Assembly (NCBI GenBank): GCA_045649005.1 | Contig: JAZRPC010000078.1 | Location: 7,393 to 71,392, forward strand | Reading direction: 5' to 3' | DNA length: 64,000 bases | DNA from: Acutalibacteraceae bacterium | GTDB taxonomy: Bacteria; Bacillota; Clostridia; Oscillospirales; Acutalibacteraceae | In this document: one piece after another, positions 47,356 to 55,599 of the stretch | How positions within the stretch are numbered: the stretch's first letter is position 1 | How the letters are laid out: each line of letters begins with the position of its first letter | Translations under genes and position numbers: made by a program | Notes under the pieces: model-generated | Seen by the model: the letters and a program-made list of their open reading frames with translations, nothing else | Database searches by the model: none | Told to the model about the DNA's origin: nothing

Positions 47356-47918
47356 ACGTTTACGATTTCGACGAAACAATATACGACGGCGAAAGTGTTT
47401 TAGATTTTTTCTTCTTTTACACAAAAAGAGATAAATCAATTTTAAAATATATCCCAAGAGTTCTTTGGGCATTCGCAAAATATAAAATGGGTAAAATCAC
47501 CGTTGAAAAGGCACTTTCACAATATGCCGCACCCGTTACCGAGCTTTTCAACGAAAAGGGCAATATCCCACAGGAGTTTCAGGCATTTTGGGATACGCAC
47601 ATGCACAAAATAAAGCCCTTTTACAAGGATATTCAGAGTGATGACGACCTTATTATCTCCTGCTCACCCGAGTTTTCTCTTGAGATAATCTGCAAGCGCC
47701 TCGGCATAAAAAGCTACCTGGGCACAGTTGTTGACGCCGAAACGGGTGAAATAAAGCGCCTTTGTCTTCGTGAAAACAAGGTCAAGGCATTTTTTGAGGA
47801 ATACCCCGACACAGAAATCGAGAATTTCTACACCGACTCCCTCAACGACCAGCCCCTTATCGATATCAGCAAAAACGCATACCTTGTCAAAGGTGATAAA
47901 ATAACAAAAATAAAATAA
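47352..47918 (+). CDS. HAD-superfamily hydrolase (subfamily IB-like)
   Basis: N-terminal DxD motif in MNVYDFDETIYDG and a C-terminal acidic motif YTDSLNDQPL. The start overlaps the MFS stop. Confidence 0.7.
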   Translation: MNVYDFDETIYDGESVLDFFFFYTKRDKSILKYIPRVLWAFAKYKMGKITVEKALSQYAAPVTELFNEKGNIPQEFQAFWDTHMHKIKPFYKDIQSDDDLIISCSPEFSLEIICKRLGIKSYLGTVVDAETGEIKRLCLRENKVKAFFEEYPDTEIENFYTDSLNDQPLIDISKNAYLVKGDKITKIK

Positions 47919-47970
47919 AAAACATAACCTCCGCCACCTAAGAATATACTGAAGTGACGGAGGTGTTATT

Positions 47971-48252
47971 ATGACAGATGAAAAAAGAACGGGGCTTATC
48001 CCCCACAACTGCATTCTTGAAGACAGGCGTACCCTGTCCGTTTCGGGCGTTAACGATGTCGGTAGCTTTGATGAAGAAATGATAATTGCTTCAACGGATT
48101 ACGGCGAGCTCACCGTAAAGGGTGAAAAGCTCCACATAACAAAGCTTTCACTTGAAATAGGCGAGCTGTGTATTGAGGGCAACATCGCCGCTCTTTCTTA
48201 TGCAGACGTGCCCGATAAAAACGTCAGCTTCTTCTCGAAAGTGTTCAGATAA
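47971..48252 (+). CDS. yabP: sporulation protein YabP
   Basis: 93 aa with the YabP pattern (LSVSGVNDVGSFDEEMI...LTVKGEKLHITKLSLE.GEL.IEG). Confidence 0.9.
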   Translation: MTDEKRTGLIPHNCILEDRRTLSVSGVNDVGSFDEEMIIASTDYGELTVKGEKLHITKLSLEIGELCIEGNIAALSYADVPDKNVSFFSKVFR

Positions 48253-48818
48253 TGTACAGCGTTCCCCATTCACAACAACTGAGTATTTTCCTTTCTTCAT
48301 TAGGTGTGGGCTTTATCCTCGGCATTTTTTACGATATTCTCAGAGCCGTGAGACTGAGCATAACAAAAAGCAAAAAGGCTTGCGTGTTTTTTGATATCCT
48401 GTATTTTATTATTACCGCTATTGTTTCTTTTATTTTCATCCTCGCCGCCAACAAGGGTGAAATCCGTTTTTATATTATTGCGGGTGAACTAATCGGCTGG
48501 GCTTTTTATTACCTTTCGTTCGGCATTGCCGTTGTGAAATTCACAGATAAACTCGTAGCCGCTTTCCGTAGCTTCTGCTCGTTGATTTTCAGGGTAATAA
48601 CCCTTCCATTTCGTGTGGTTATAAGACTAATTAAAGCCATCATTAAAAAATTATCGCCCATTTTTAAAAAAACAGAAAAAAAGTCAACAAAAATACAAAA
48701 AAAGGTATTGCAAAAACTACACTTGTATGTGTATAATTTATTTGGTGTGTTTTGTGCAAAACCAAACAAGCATTCGAAAGGCGGTAACAGCGATGGCAAA
48801 GAACAAAAAGCGCAATAA
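48252..48818 (+). CDS. yabQ: spore cortex biosynthesis protein YabQ
   Basis: Multi-TM protein immediately after yabP (ATG overlaps its stop). The gene order yabP-yabQ-divIC-yabR is conserved. Confidence 0.8.
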   Translation: MYSVPHSQQLSIFLSSLGVGFILGIFYDILRAVRLSITKSKKACVFFDILYFIITAIVSFIFILAANKGEIRFYIIAGELIGWAFYYLSFGIAVVKFTDKLVAAFRSFCSLIFRVITLPFRVVIRLIKAIIKKLSPIFKKTEKKSTKIQKKVLQKLHLYVYNLFGVFCAKPNKHSKGGNSDGKEQKAQ

Positions 48819-49098
48819 AAAGTCACGCAACATCAGCGTTATTCTTCTCATTGCCACCATTGCCGTTGTTGTTTTTTTCGTTGTTTCTTTTGTTAAGGTG
48901 AACAACGAAAAAAAACAGAAGGAACAGCAAAAAGCCGAGCTTTCAAGCCTTTACGAAAGCCAGACCGAGGCCAACTCTAATCTCAAAGAAACGATTAAAA
49001 ACGGCGTCGATGATGACCTTGCAGAAAACCACGCACAGGATGAGGGGTATGTCAAGCCAAACCAACACGTTTATATTGACATCACACCCGGCGCTTAA
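48793..49098 (+). CDS. divIC: septum formation initiator family protein (DivIC/FtsB-like)
   Basis: In-frame ATG at 48793 gives MAKNKKRNKKSRN, a TM, then a coiled-coil-like region. Position also supports the call. The track ORF starts earlier, at 48727. Confidence 0.65.
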   Translation: MAKNKKRNKKSRNISVILLIATIAVVVFFVVSFVKVNNEKKQKEQQKAELSSLYESQTEANSNLKETIKNGVDDDLAENHAQDEGYVKPNQHVYIDITPGA

Positions 49099-49136
49099 AA
49101 ATACGGCGTTTAAATTTTATTCAGTTGAGGTAAACT

Positions 49137-49598
49137 ATGGCAGTGGAAATCGGTTCGATTCTTGAAGGAAAAGTTACAGGCATCACAAATTTCGGGGCAT
49201 TCGTTGAGCTTCCCGACAAAACAACAGGTATGGTACATATCTCTGAGGTTTCAAACACCTTTATTAAGGACATTCACGAGAAGCTCTCTGAGGGTGACAC
49301 AGTAAACGTCAAGGTTATTGACATTAACGAAAAAGGCAAGGTTGCCCTTTCAATCAAAAAAGCTCTCCCCCCCGAAGAAGAATCAAAGCCGAAGCGTCCC
49401 GCAGGCGACAGACCAAAAAGAAGCCAGCCCCCTGTATGGACAGGTACGCAGCATTCCGAGCCCGAAAATATGTCTTTTGAAGATATGATGGCAAAATTCA
49501 AGAGCGTCAGCGATGAAAAAATGAGCGACCTTAAAAAGAACAATGTTGCAAAACGTGGTGCATCAACACCAAGACGTGGCGGCAATTCAAGAGGCTAA
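49137..49598 (+). CDS. yabR: S1 domain RNA-binding protein (YabR-like)
   Basis: S1 fold signature GSILEGKVTGITNFGAFVEL...GMVHISEVS followed by a basic tail. Confidence 0.85.
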   Translation: MAVEIGSILEGKVTGITNFGAFVELPDKTTGMVHISEVSNTFIKDIHEKLSEGDTVNVKVIDINEKGKVALSIKKALPPEEESKPKRPAGDRPKRSQPPVWTGTQHSEPENMSFEDMMAKFKSVSDEKMSDLKKNNVAKRGASTPRRGGNSRG

Positions 49599-49639
49599 AT
49601 GACTAAAACCGTGCTTTTTGGCACGGTTTATGTTTTGGA

Positions 49640-50491
49640 GTGAAGATTTTGAGAGAAATAAATGTTTCTTTAATTGAAGATGCTGTTTGTGACCTTTTTA
49701 TAGAGGCAAACGCCCATCTTCCCAAAGAGCTTGAAAACAAAATAAAGGCTTGCACCGAAAGCGAAAGCAACCCCCTTGCCAAAAGCATTTTCTGTGATAT
49801 GTGCAAAAATCTTGAAAAGGCAACGGAGCTCAGTATACCTATTTGTCAGGATACGGGCATGGCTGTTCTTTTCTGCGAGCTGGGGCAGGACGTTAACCTT
49901 GTGGGTGGCGATTTTAACGAAGCGGTAAACAAGGGTGTCAGCCGTGCCTATAAAGACGGCAAAATGCGTTGCTCAATAGTAAGCGACCCATTAAAAAGAG
50001 TCAACACCGATGACAATACCCCCGCACTTATCCATCTCACCATTGTCCCCGGTGACAAAATCAAACTCACCGCCGCACCCAAGGGCTTCGGTAGCGAAAA
50101 TATGAGCAGACTTAAAATGTTCACACCCTCTGCCACGGTGGAGGATATTGCAAATTTCGTCGTTGAAACCGTAAAAATCGCAGATTCAAACCCCTGCCCC
50201 CCCATTGTTGTGGGTGTAGGCATCGGCAGCGATTTTGAGGGCTGTGCCATCCTTTCAAAAAAGGCACTTTGCAGAAATATTGAAGAACGCCATCCCGATG
50301 AATTTTATAAAAGCCTTGAAGAAGATTTACTTAAAAAAATCAATAGCCTTAACATCGGCGCTCAAGGCTTCGGCGGTGACATAACCGCTCTTGGGGTGAA
50401 TATCGAAACTGCCCCCACCCATATTGCGGGCTTGCCCGTTGCGGTTAACATCGGTTGCCACGTAACACGTCATAAAGAGCTTGTGCTTTAA
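49640..50491 (+). CDS. Fe-S type hydro-lyase (class I fumarate/tartrate hydratase), alpha subunit
   Basis: 283 aa with PICQDTGMAV and the AAPKGFGSEN pattern typical of FumA/TtdA alpha subunits. An alternative TTG start at 49649 has better RBS spacing. Confidence 0.8.
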   Translation: MKILREINVSLIEDAVCDLFIEANAHLPKELENKIKACTESESNPLAKSIFCDMCKNLEKATELSIPICQDTGMAVLFCELGQDVNLVGGDFNEAVNKGVSRAYKDGKMRCSIVSDPLKRVNTDDNTPALIHLTIVPGDKIKLTAAPKGFGSENMSRLKMFTPSATVEDIANFVVETVKIADSNPCPPIVVGVGIGSDFEGCAILSKKALCRNIEERHPDEFYKSLEEDLLKKINSLNIGAQGFGGDITALGVNIETAPTHIAGLPVAVNIGCHVTRHKELVL

Positions 50492-50496
50492 TCTGT

Positions 50497-50596
50497 AGGG
50501 GCGGGTCTTGACCCGCCCGTTTTTATATTCGATTTTTGCGGGACGGTCAAGACCGTCCCCCATTTTTAGTTGCAAGTTGGAAATGGCAAGTGGCAC
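50497..50596. repeat. GC-rich palindromic hairpin repeats (two inverted copies) plus a CAAGTGG-type short tandem motif
   Basis: Hairpin gggcgggt-cttg-acccgccc (50499-50518) and hairpin gggacggt-caag-accgtccc (50540-50559), followed by ttgcaagttggaaatggcaagtggca (50570-50595). Related to 61989-62090. Confidence 0.7.
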
Positions 50597-50598
50597 TT

Positions 50599-51255
50599 CT
50601 AACTCCTAACCCCTAACTTTTCCCTCAGCTCTTCATATATTTCCAAAAGCTTAAATCTCACAATATACTTCTCCCCGCCGTTTACTATTTTCTCACCCGA
50701 GGGTGAAAGGTATTCGGCGGTTTTTTCTTTGTCGCCCTTCACGTCATCGGCAACGGGTATGCACAACGGCGGAAACATTACGCACCACCAATTTTTGCCC
50801 TTTCCCTCACCGAGAACAACCTTTAAAGAGGTGTATTCCCCTGCGGGGAAAATCAGGTCACCGTATTTTCGGGTTTCATAGTATTCCTTTTGAAGAGTTA
50901 TGTGTGCACCGTAATAAAAGCCGTAATCCTCAAGTGTTTTCAGAACTGTTTCAAGAAGCTCCTGCTTTGAGGCTTCAAAATACTCCTCTGCATTCTCCAC
51001 AGTCACACCGTTTGAAAGAATGGCTGCATTCGTTCTGAGCAAAGCATCTCTTACCCTGAGCTTTACCGCCTGATCAATTTCTGAATCGCTGTTTGCAAGA
51101 ACATGGAGTCTGACAACGCTTTCCCTCACCGATTCTGCAGACGCAGAAAAAAAAGAAATACCGAAAGCGAAATACAGCGCAAGAAACACCGCAACAATTT
51201 TCAAAAGAAGCTTGTCACGCTCACCGTTAAAGGATTTGTAAGTAAAAACAGACAT
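50599..51255 (-). CDS. spoIIR: stage II sporulation protein R
   Basis: N-terminal TM plus the signature VVRLHVLANSDSEIDQAVKLRVRDALL and NWWCVMFPPLC. The likely ATG is at 51255; the track extends to a TTG at 51273. Confidence 0.9.
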   Translation of the reverse strand: MSVFTYKSFNGERDKLLLKIVAVFLALYFAFGISFFSASAESVRESVVRLHVLANSDSEIDQAVKLRVRDALLRTNAAILSNGVTVENAEEYFEASKQELLETVLKTLEDYGFYYGAHITLQKEYYETRKYGDLIFPAGEYTSLKVVLGEGKGKNWWCVMFPPLCIPVADDVKGDKEKTAEYLSPSGEKIVNGGEKYIVRFKLLEIYEELREKLGVRS

Positions 51256-51311
51256 AAAAAACCGTCCCTTCAATCATTATGTAAAATGATTGTGGACGGT
51301 TTTTTCTTGCT

Positions 51312-52202
51312 TTATTCAATTTCTGTAATTTTTACTCCGTACTCCACTGGGTGGCAAAGGTAAACCTCCGGGAAATCGTTTTTTAATTGGTCAATGGCTT
51401 TCTGTGCCTTTTCTTCTTCCTTGAATATTCCGTAAACCACAGAGCCCGAGCCCGTCATACAAGCTGCCAAAGCTCCGTTTTTGTTTAAAATGTGCTTTAT
51501 GTCTACTCTGCCCGCAATGTCAAACGCCTGTTCAAAAACGTTGCTGCAATATTTCATTGCTTCGTCACTTTCAGAGTCTGCAAGAAGCTCAAGCATAACA
51601 TTGTTTTTCGGGTGCTTCATATTTTCCACAGAATCAACCGCCGCATAAGCCTCTTTTGTTGAAACACCGTCTTTGGGTTTGACGATAACAACCGGGTATT
51701 TTTCAATATCGGGGAGCGGAGCCACAACAGCACCCGTGTCAAGTGCCAACGCTGTGCCACCCACAATACAGAACGGAATATCTGCGCCAACCTTCACACC
51801 TATTCGGCAAAGCACCTTTTCCGGTAAATCCGTTTCAAAAATTTTGTTGAGTGCCACAAGAACAGCCGCACCGTCACCGCTGCCGCCGCCCATACCCGCC
51901 TGGGACGGAACCTTTTTATCAATGTGGATGTGTATGCCCTTATTATCTTTTATGCCTGTGTATTCAAAAAATCTTTCGGCACATTTATATACTATATTAC
52001 TTTTGTCTGTGGGAATACCCTCATCACTACATGAAATGGTAATCTCCTCGCCCTTTGTCTTTTCAACAGTAATTGTGTCTGCAAGGTCAAGGGATTGCAT
52101 AATTGTAAAAAGCTTGTGATAGCCGTTTTTCTTGATTCCCGTAATATCCAATAACAGATTAATTTTCGAATTGGCTTGCAAAGTAAGTTTCACAAAAACC
52201 AC
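51312..52202 (-). CDS. ispE: 4-(cytidine 5'-diphospho)-2-C-methyl-D-erythritol kinase
   Basis: GHMP kinase motif PSQAGMGGGSGDGAA and the N-terminal KINLLLDI pattern. Confidence 0.9.
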   Translation of the reverse strand: MVFVKLTLQANSKINLLLDITGIKKNGYHKLFTIMQSLDLADTITVEKTKGEEITISCSDEGIPTDKSNIVYKCAERFFEYTGIKDNKGIHIHIDKKVPSQAGMGGGSGDGAAVLVALNKIFETDLPEKVLCRIGVKVGADIPFCIVGGTALALDTGAVVAPLPDIEKYPVVIVKPKDGVSTKEAYAAVDSVENMKHPKNNVMLELLADSESDEAMKYCSNVFEQAFDIAGRVDIKHILNKNGALAACMTGSGSVVYGIFKEEEKAQKAIDQLKNDFPEVYLCHPVEYGVKITEIE

Positions 52203-52323
52203 TCCTCTCTCCCGTATTTTACCATATATATTGTAAATTTAAAAGATTTTTTTATTTTTTGTTTTGCTCTGTTATTTTTTCTATGTTTGTGGTATGATAC
52301 TAAATTGGAAAGAAGGTAGAATT

Positions 52324-53139
52324 ATGTCAGATTTCAGAATTTACGATTTACATACCCACACCATCAATTCACAAGACGGCAACCACCCCGTTGAGCTTAT
52401 GACAGAAACCGCTATTGAAAATGGTATTGAATGCGTTGCATTTACAGACCATTGCGAGGTTGACGTTCTTTACAGAGACGGCTTCGATAAGCGTGCCGCC
52501 CAAAGCTATATTGATATTTCAAGAGCAAAAATCCAGTATGCAGATAAAATAAAAATCCTCCGTGGTATTGAGCTTGCACAGCCCCACTATGCACCAAAGC
52601 TTGCAGAGAAAATCATTTCGGCAAACGAGTATGACGAAATAATCGGTTCAATCCATAACCTGAGAGGTATGCCCGATTTTTACGATTTCAAATCCTTTGA
52701 CGGCTTCGTTATTGAGGAGCTGATAGACGAGTATTTCGACGAGCTTATTGCTATGCTTGAATGGGGCAACTTTGACGTTCTCGCACACATCACATACCCC
52801 TTCCGCTACATTTTCAACCTTTGCGGTTACATTGAGGATATCAACAAATATTCTAAAAAGGTTGACGAGCTTCTCAAGCTCTGCGCCGAAAAAGACAAGG
52901 CTCTCGAAATCAATATGGGTGGTCTTAAATACCCCATCAACAAGCCCTCGCCCGATATCGACACCGTGAAACGCTACAAGGAATTGGGCGGCAGACTTAT
53001 AAGCGTTGGCTCCGATTCACACTATGCAGAGCGCATCGGCTTCGGCATTCTCAACGCATACGAAATCGCTCTCGAAGCAGGCTTCAAAAGTATCGCTGTT
53101 TTTGAAAACAGAAAGGCGTCTGAAATCGCTATTAAATAA
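52324..53139 (+). CDS. PHP-domain phosphatase, HisJ (histidinol-phosphatase) family
   Basis: DLHTHT N-terminal metal motif, later FTDHCE, GSIH, AHITYP and GSDSH. ATG at 52324 follows GAAGGTAG. Confidence 0.7.
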   Translation: MSDFRIYDLHTHTINSQDGNHPVELMTETAIENGIECVAFTDHCEVDVLYRDGFDKRAAQSYIDISRAKIQYADKIKILRGIELAQPHYAPKLAEKIISANEYDEIIGSIHNLRGMPDFYDFKSFDGFVIEELIDEYFDELIAMLEWGNFDVLAHITYPFRYIFNLCGYIEDINKYSKKVDELLKLCAEKDKALEINMGGLKYPINKPSPDIDTVKRYKELGGRLISVGSDSHYAERIGFGILNAYEIALEAGFKSIAVFENRKASEIAIK

Positions 53140-53453
53140 TATTCAGTTTTTCGTTTTATAAATACAAATTAGTGTATATTTACCACTCAAACCCAAAAAT
53201 CCACGTTTTGAAATCTGATTTTTGCATACTGAGTGCGTAAAGCACAATGCTTGTCAATGTTCAAAAACCTGTCAAAAATGTCAATAACCTTTGATTATAT
53301 TTCTCATAAGGAATATTGTTGTAAAGTAACTGACTTTACATTGACAGAGTTTTGAACATTCTGCATTTTTTTCGACTTGTATATACATTTGCATATACAT
53401 TACAACAATTTTTTCACAAAGCAAATCTACATATTAAAAAGGGGCTGATTCTT

Positions 53454-54341
53454 TTGCGAAAAATCGAATACACAGTCACAGAAGAATTCAACAACAGACC
53501 CCTTCTTCACTTTCTCAAATGTCACGTCAGCCTCTCTGCAAGAATAGTTCAGACTCTTCGCCACACCCACGGCTCGATTCTTGTGAATGGCAACTTTGCC
53601 CGTGTTGTGGATACTGTAAAAACAGGCGACAGAATAACAATAACTCTGCCGGAAAAAACTCCACCACCCCTTTTGTGGGCAATGCCCCTTAACGTTATTT
53701 TTGAGGATGACGACCTTCTTGTTATAAACAAGCCCTCGGGCATATCCGTTCACCCCACCTATAACCACCCAAACGAAACTCTGTGCAACGCAGTTGCCCA
53801 CTACCTCACCGAAAAAAGCGGTGAACCTGCAACAGCCCGTGCAGTTGGCAGGCTTGACAAAGTAACCTCAGGCGTGATGATATTTGCAAAAAACAAATTC
53901 GTTGCTTCACGGCTCAACGGCAATATGGATAAAACCTATCTTGCATTAGCCACAGGTAAAACTCCTGCCGACGGAACCATCAATGCACCCATATACAGAC
54001 CCGACCCCAACAAAACCTCACGTGCTGTTGGCGATGGCGACGAAGCAATCACCCACTATAAAACACTTTCACAAACGGATGATATCTCCCTTGTTGAAAT
54101 CGTAACCGAAACCGGCAGAACTCACCAGATACGTGTTCACATGGCGCACATCGGCTACCCCCTCAAGGGCGACGAAATGTACGGCGGCGAGGTCACCGAA
54201 AGCCTCACCCGTGCGGCTTTGCATTGCTACCGTGTGACCCTCACAAACCCCATAACACAAAAAGAATCGACCTTCGTTGCACCCCTCCCTGAAGATATGA
54301 AAAAAGAGGCAGAAAAAAACAATATTTTCCTTGACAAATAG
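53454..54341 (+). CDS. RluA-family 23S rRNA pseudouridine synthase (RluD-like, S4 domain plus catalytic domain)
   Basis: Catalytic motif GRLDKVTSGVMIFAK and HQIRVHMA. The probable TTG start at 53454 follows AAAAGGGG; the track ORF begins at 53352 inside promoter-like AT-rich DNA. Confidence 0.8.
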   Translation: MRKIEYTVTEEFNNRPLLHFLKCHVSLSARIVQTLRHTHGSILVNGNFARVVDTVKTGDRITITLPEKTPPPLLWAMPLNVIFEDDDLLVINKPSGISVHPTYNHPNETLCNAVAHYLTEKSGEPATARAVGRLDKVTSGVMIFAKNKFVASRLNGNMDKTYLALATGKTPADGTINAPIYRPDPNKTSRAVGDGDEAITHYKTLSQTDDISLVEIVTETGRTHQIRVHMAHIGYPLKGDEMYGGEVTESLTRAALHCYRVTLTNPITQKESTFVAPLPEDMKKEAEKNNIFLDK

Positions 54342-54359
54342 CCATTGTTCTGTTACAAT
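54331..54359 (+). promoter_or_regulatory. perfect-consensus sigma-A promoter for rplU-prp-rpmA
   Basis: TTGACA (54331-54336, inside the last codons of the pseudouridine synthase gene), 17-nt spacer, TACAAT (54354-54359). Confidence 0.65.
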
Positions 54360-54365
54360 GGCTTT

Positions 54366-54453
54366 TGCCGCATATTAAGGGCGGGCTGTGTTATGCCCAA
54401 AATCACCTAGGTGAGCCTTGTTAGCGAGACTGAAAGAAAGCAGGTAAAAATCT
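54366..54453 (+). promoter_or_regulatory. possible ribosomal protein L21 leader
   Basis: About 88-nt 5' UTR with hairpins (gggcgggctgtgttatgccc; tcacctaggtga) in the position where Firmicutes carry the L21 leader. It is not verified against a model. Confidence 0.35.
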
Positions 54454-54765
54454 ATGTACGCAATCATTGAAACAGGCGGAAAGCAGTACAAAGTTGAGAA
54501 CGGCGATGTAGTATTCATCGAAAAGCTCGACGTTGAAGCAGATTCCGTTGTAACCTTCGATAAGGTTATTGCTGATGGTGCAGATGACGGTATCAAAGTC
54601 GGTGCTCCTTATGTTGACGGTGCAACTGTCAGCGCAAAGGTTCTTAAAAACGGCAAAGGTAAGAAAGTCGTTGTTGCAACCTACAAACCCAAAAAGAATG
54701 AAAAACGTAAAATGGGTCACAGACAGCCCTACACAAAGGTTGAGATTTCAGCTATCAACGCTTAA
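54454..54765 (+). CDS. rplU: 50S ribosomal protein L21
   Basis: [14 protein letters not shown]... is a canonical L21 N-terminus; 103 aa. Confidence 0.97.
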   Translation: MYAIIETGGKQYKVENGDVVFIEKLDVEADSVVTFDKVIADGADDGIKVGAPYVDGATVSAKVLKNGKGKKVVVATYKPKKNEKRKMGHRQPYTKVEISAINA

Positions 54766-54768
54766 TCC

Positions 54769-55089
54769 ATGATTAAGGTTAAACTTTTTCGTTCTGAAAA
54801 CGATTCACCCTCAGGCTTCGAGATTTCAGGTCATGCGGGCTTCGCATCCCACGGCAACGACATAGTTTGCTCGGCAGTTTCCTCTGCGGCATATATGGCA
54901 GCCAACACCATTATCGAAATAATGGGCATTGATGCAACAGCCGACGTCAGCGACGGCAGAATGAAAATCCTCGTCCCCCCCGAGAGTGCAGACAAATCAA
55001 AAGACACATTGCTTGGTCTTGAGCTTCATTTAAAAGAGCTCAGCAGGCAATACCCCAATAATGTTACAATAACTATTACGGAGGTGTAA
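54769..55089 (+). CDS. prp: ribosomal-processing cysteine protease Prp
   Basis: 106 aa located between rplU and rpmA, with the motif SGHAGFASHGNDIVCSAVS. Confidence 0.9.
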   Translation: MIKVKLFRSENDSPSGFEISGHAGFASHGNDIVCSAVSSAAYMAANTIIEIMGIDATADVSDGRMKILVPPESADKSKDTLLGLELHLKELSRQYPNNVTITITEV

Positions 55090-55092
55090 CGA

Positions 55093-55377
55093 ATGCTTAA
55101 AATCAATATCCAGTTATTTGCTCATAAAAAAGGTATGGGTTCTACCCGTAACGGCCGTGATTCTGAATCAAAAAGACTCGGTGCTAAAAGAGCAGACGGT
55201 CAGTTTGTTCTTGCAGGTAACATCCTCGTAAAGCAGAGAGGCACTAAAATCCATCCCGGCACAAACGTAGGCAAAGGCAAAGACGACACACTCTTCGCTC
55301 TTGTTGACGGTAAGGTTGCTTTCGAGCGTCTTGGTAAAGACCGCAAAAAGGTTAGTGTTTACCCCGTTGAGCAATAA
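55093..55377 (+). CDS. rpmA: 50S ribosomal protein L27 (with Prp-cleaved N-terminal extension)
   Basis: [30 protein letters not shown]...; the extension precedes the conserved AHKKG. Confidence 0.97.
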   Translation: MLKINIQLFAHKKGMGSTRNGRDSESKRLGAKRADGQFVLAGNILVKQRGTKIHPGTNVGKGKDDTLFALVDGKVAFERLGKDRKKVSVYPVEQ

Positions 55378-55391
55378 TCAACAAACAATTT

Positions 55392-55424
55392 TCACCCTAT
55401 CCAAACGGATAGGGTGATTTTTTT
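55392..55424 (+). terminator. rho-independent terminator after rpmA
   Basis: Stem tcaccctatcc / ggatagggtga, loop aaac, then T7. Confidence 0.85.
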
Positions 55425-55502
55425 GTCTCAAAACAGCCAATAATATAATTGTATATATTTCCCCCGTTCATAAAGAGTTAACAAAAAAATTTTGAAATAA
55501 TG

Positions 55503-55531
55503 TTGACAAAATAAAACAATCGGGGTATATT
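55503..55531 (+). promoter_or_regulatory. sigma-A promoter of the hrcA operon
   Basis: TTGACA (55503-55508), 17-nt spacer, TATATT (55526-55531). Confidence 0.65.
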
Positions 55532-55541
55532 ATTAACAGAG

Positions 55542-55568
55542 TTAGCACTCTGAAGATGAGAGTGCTAA
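55542..55568 (+). promoter_or_regulatory. CIRCE operator (HrcA binding site)
   Basis: TTAGCACTC-N9-GAGTGCTAA, a perfect match to the consensus, located between the promoter and hrcA. Confidence 0.95.
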
Positions 55569-55599
55569 CAGGTGCTAAAAACAAAAAAGAGGTGATTCC

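Noticed and set aside
50601-50617. Repeated ctaac motif (aactcctaacccctaac).
   Set aside because: It lies inside the last codons of spoIIR (LGVRS*) and is most simply coding sequence.
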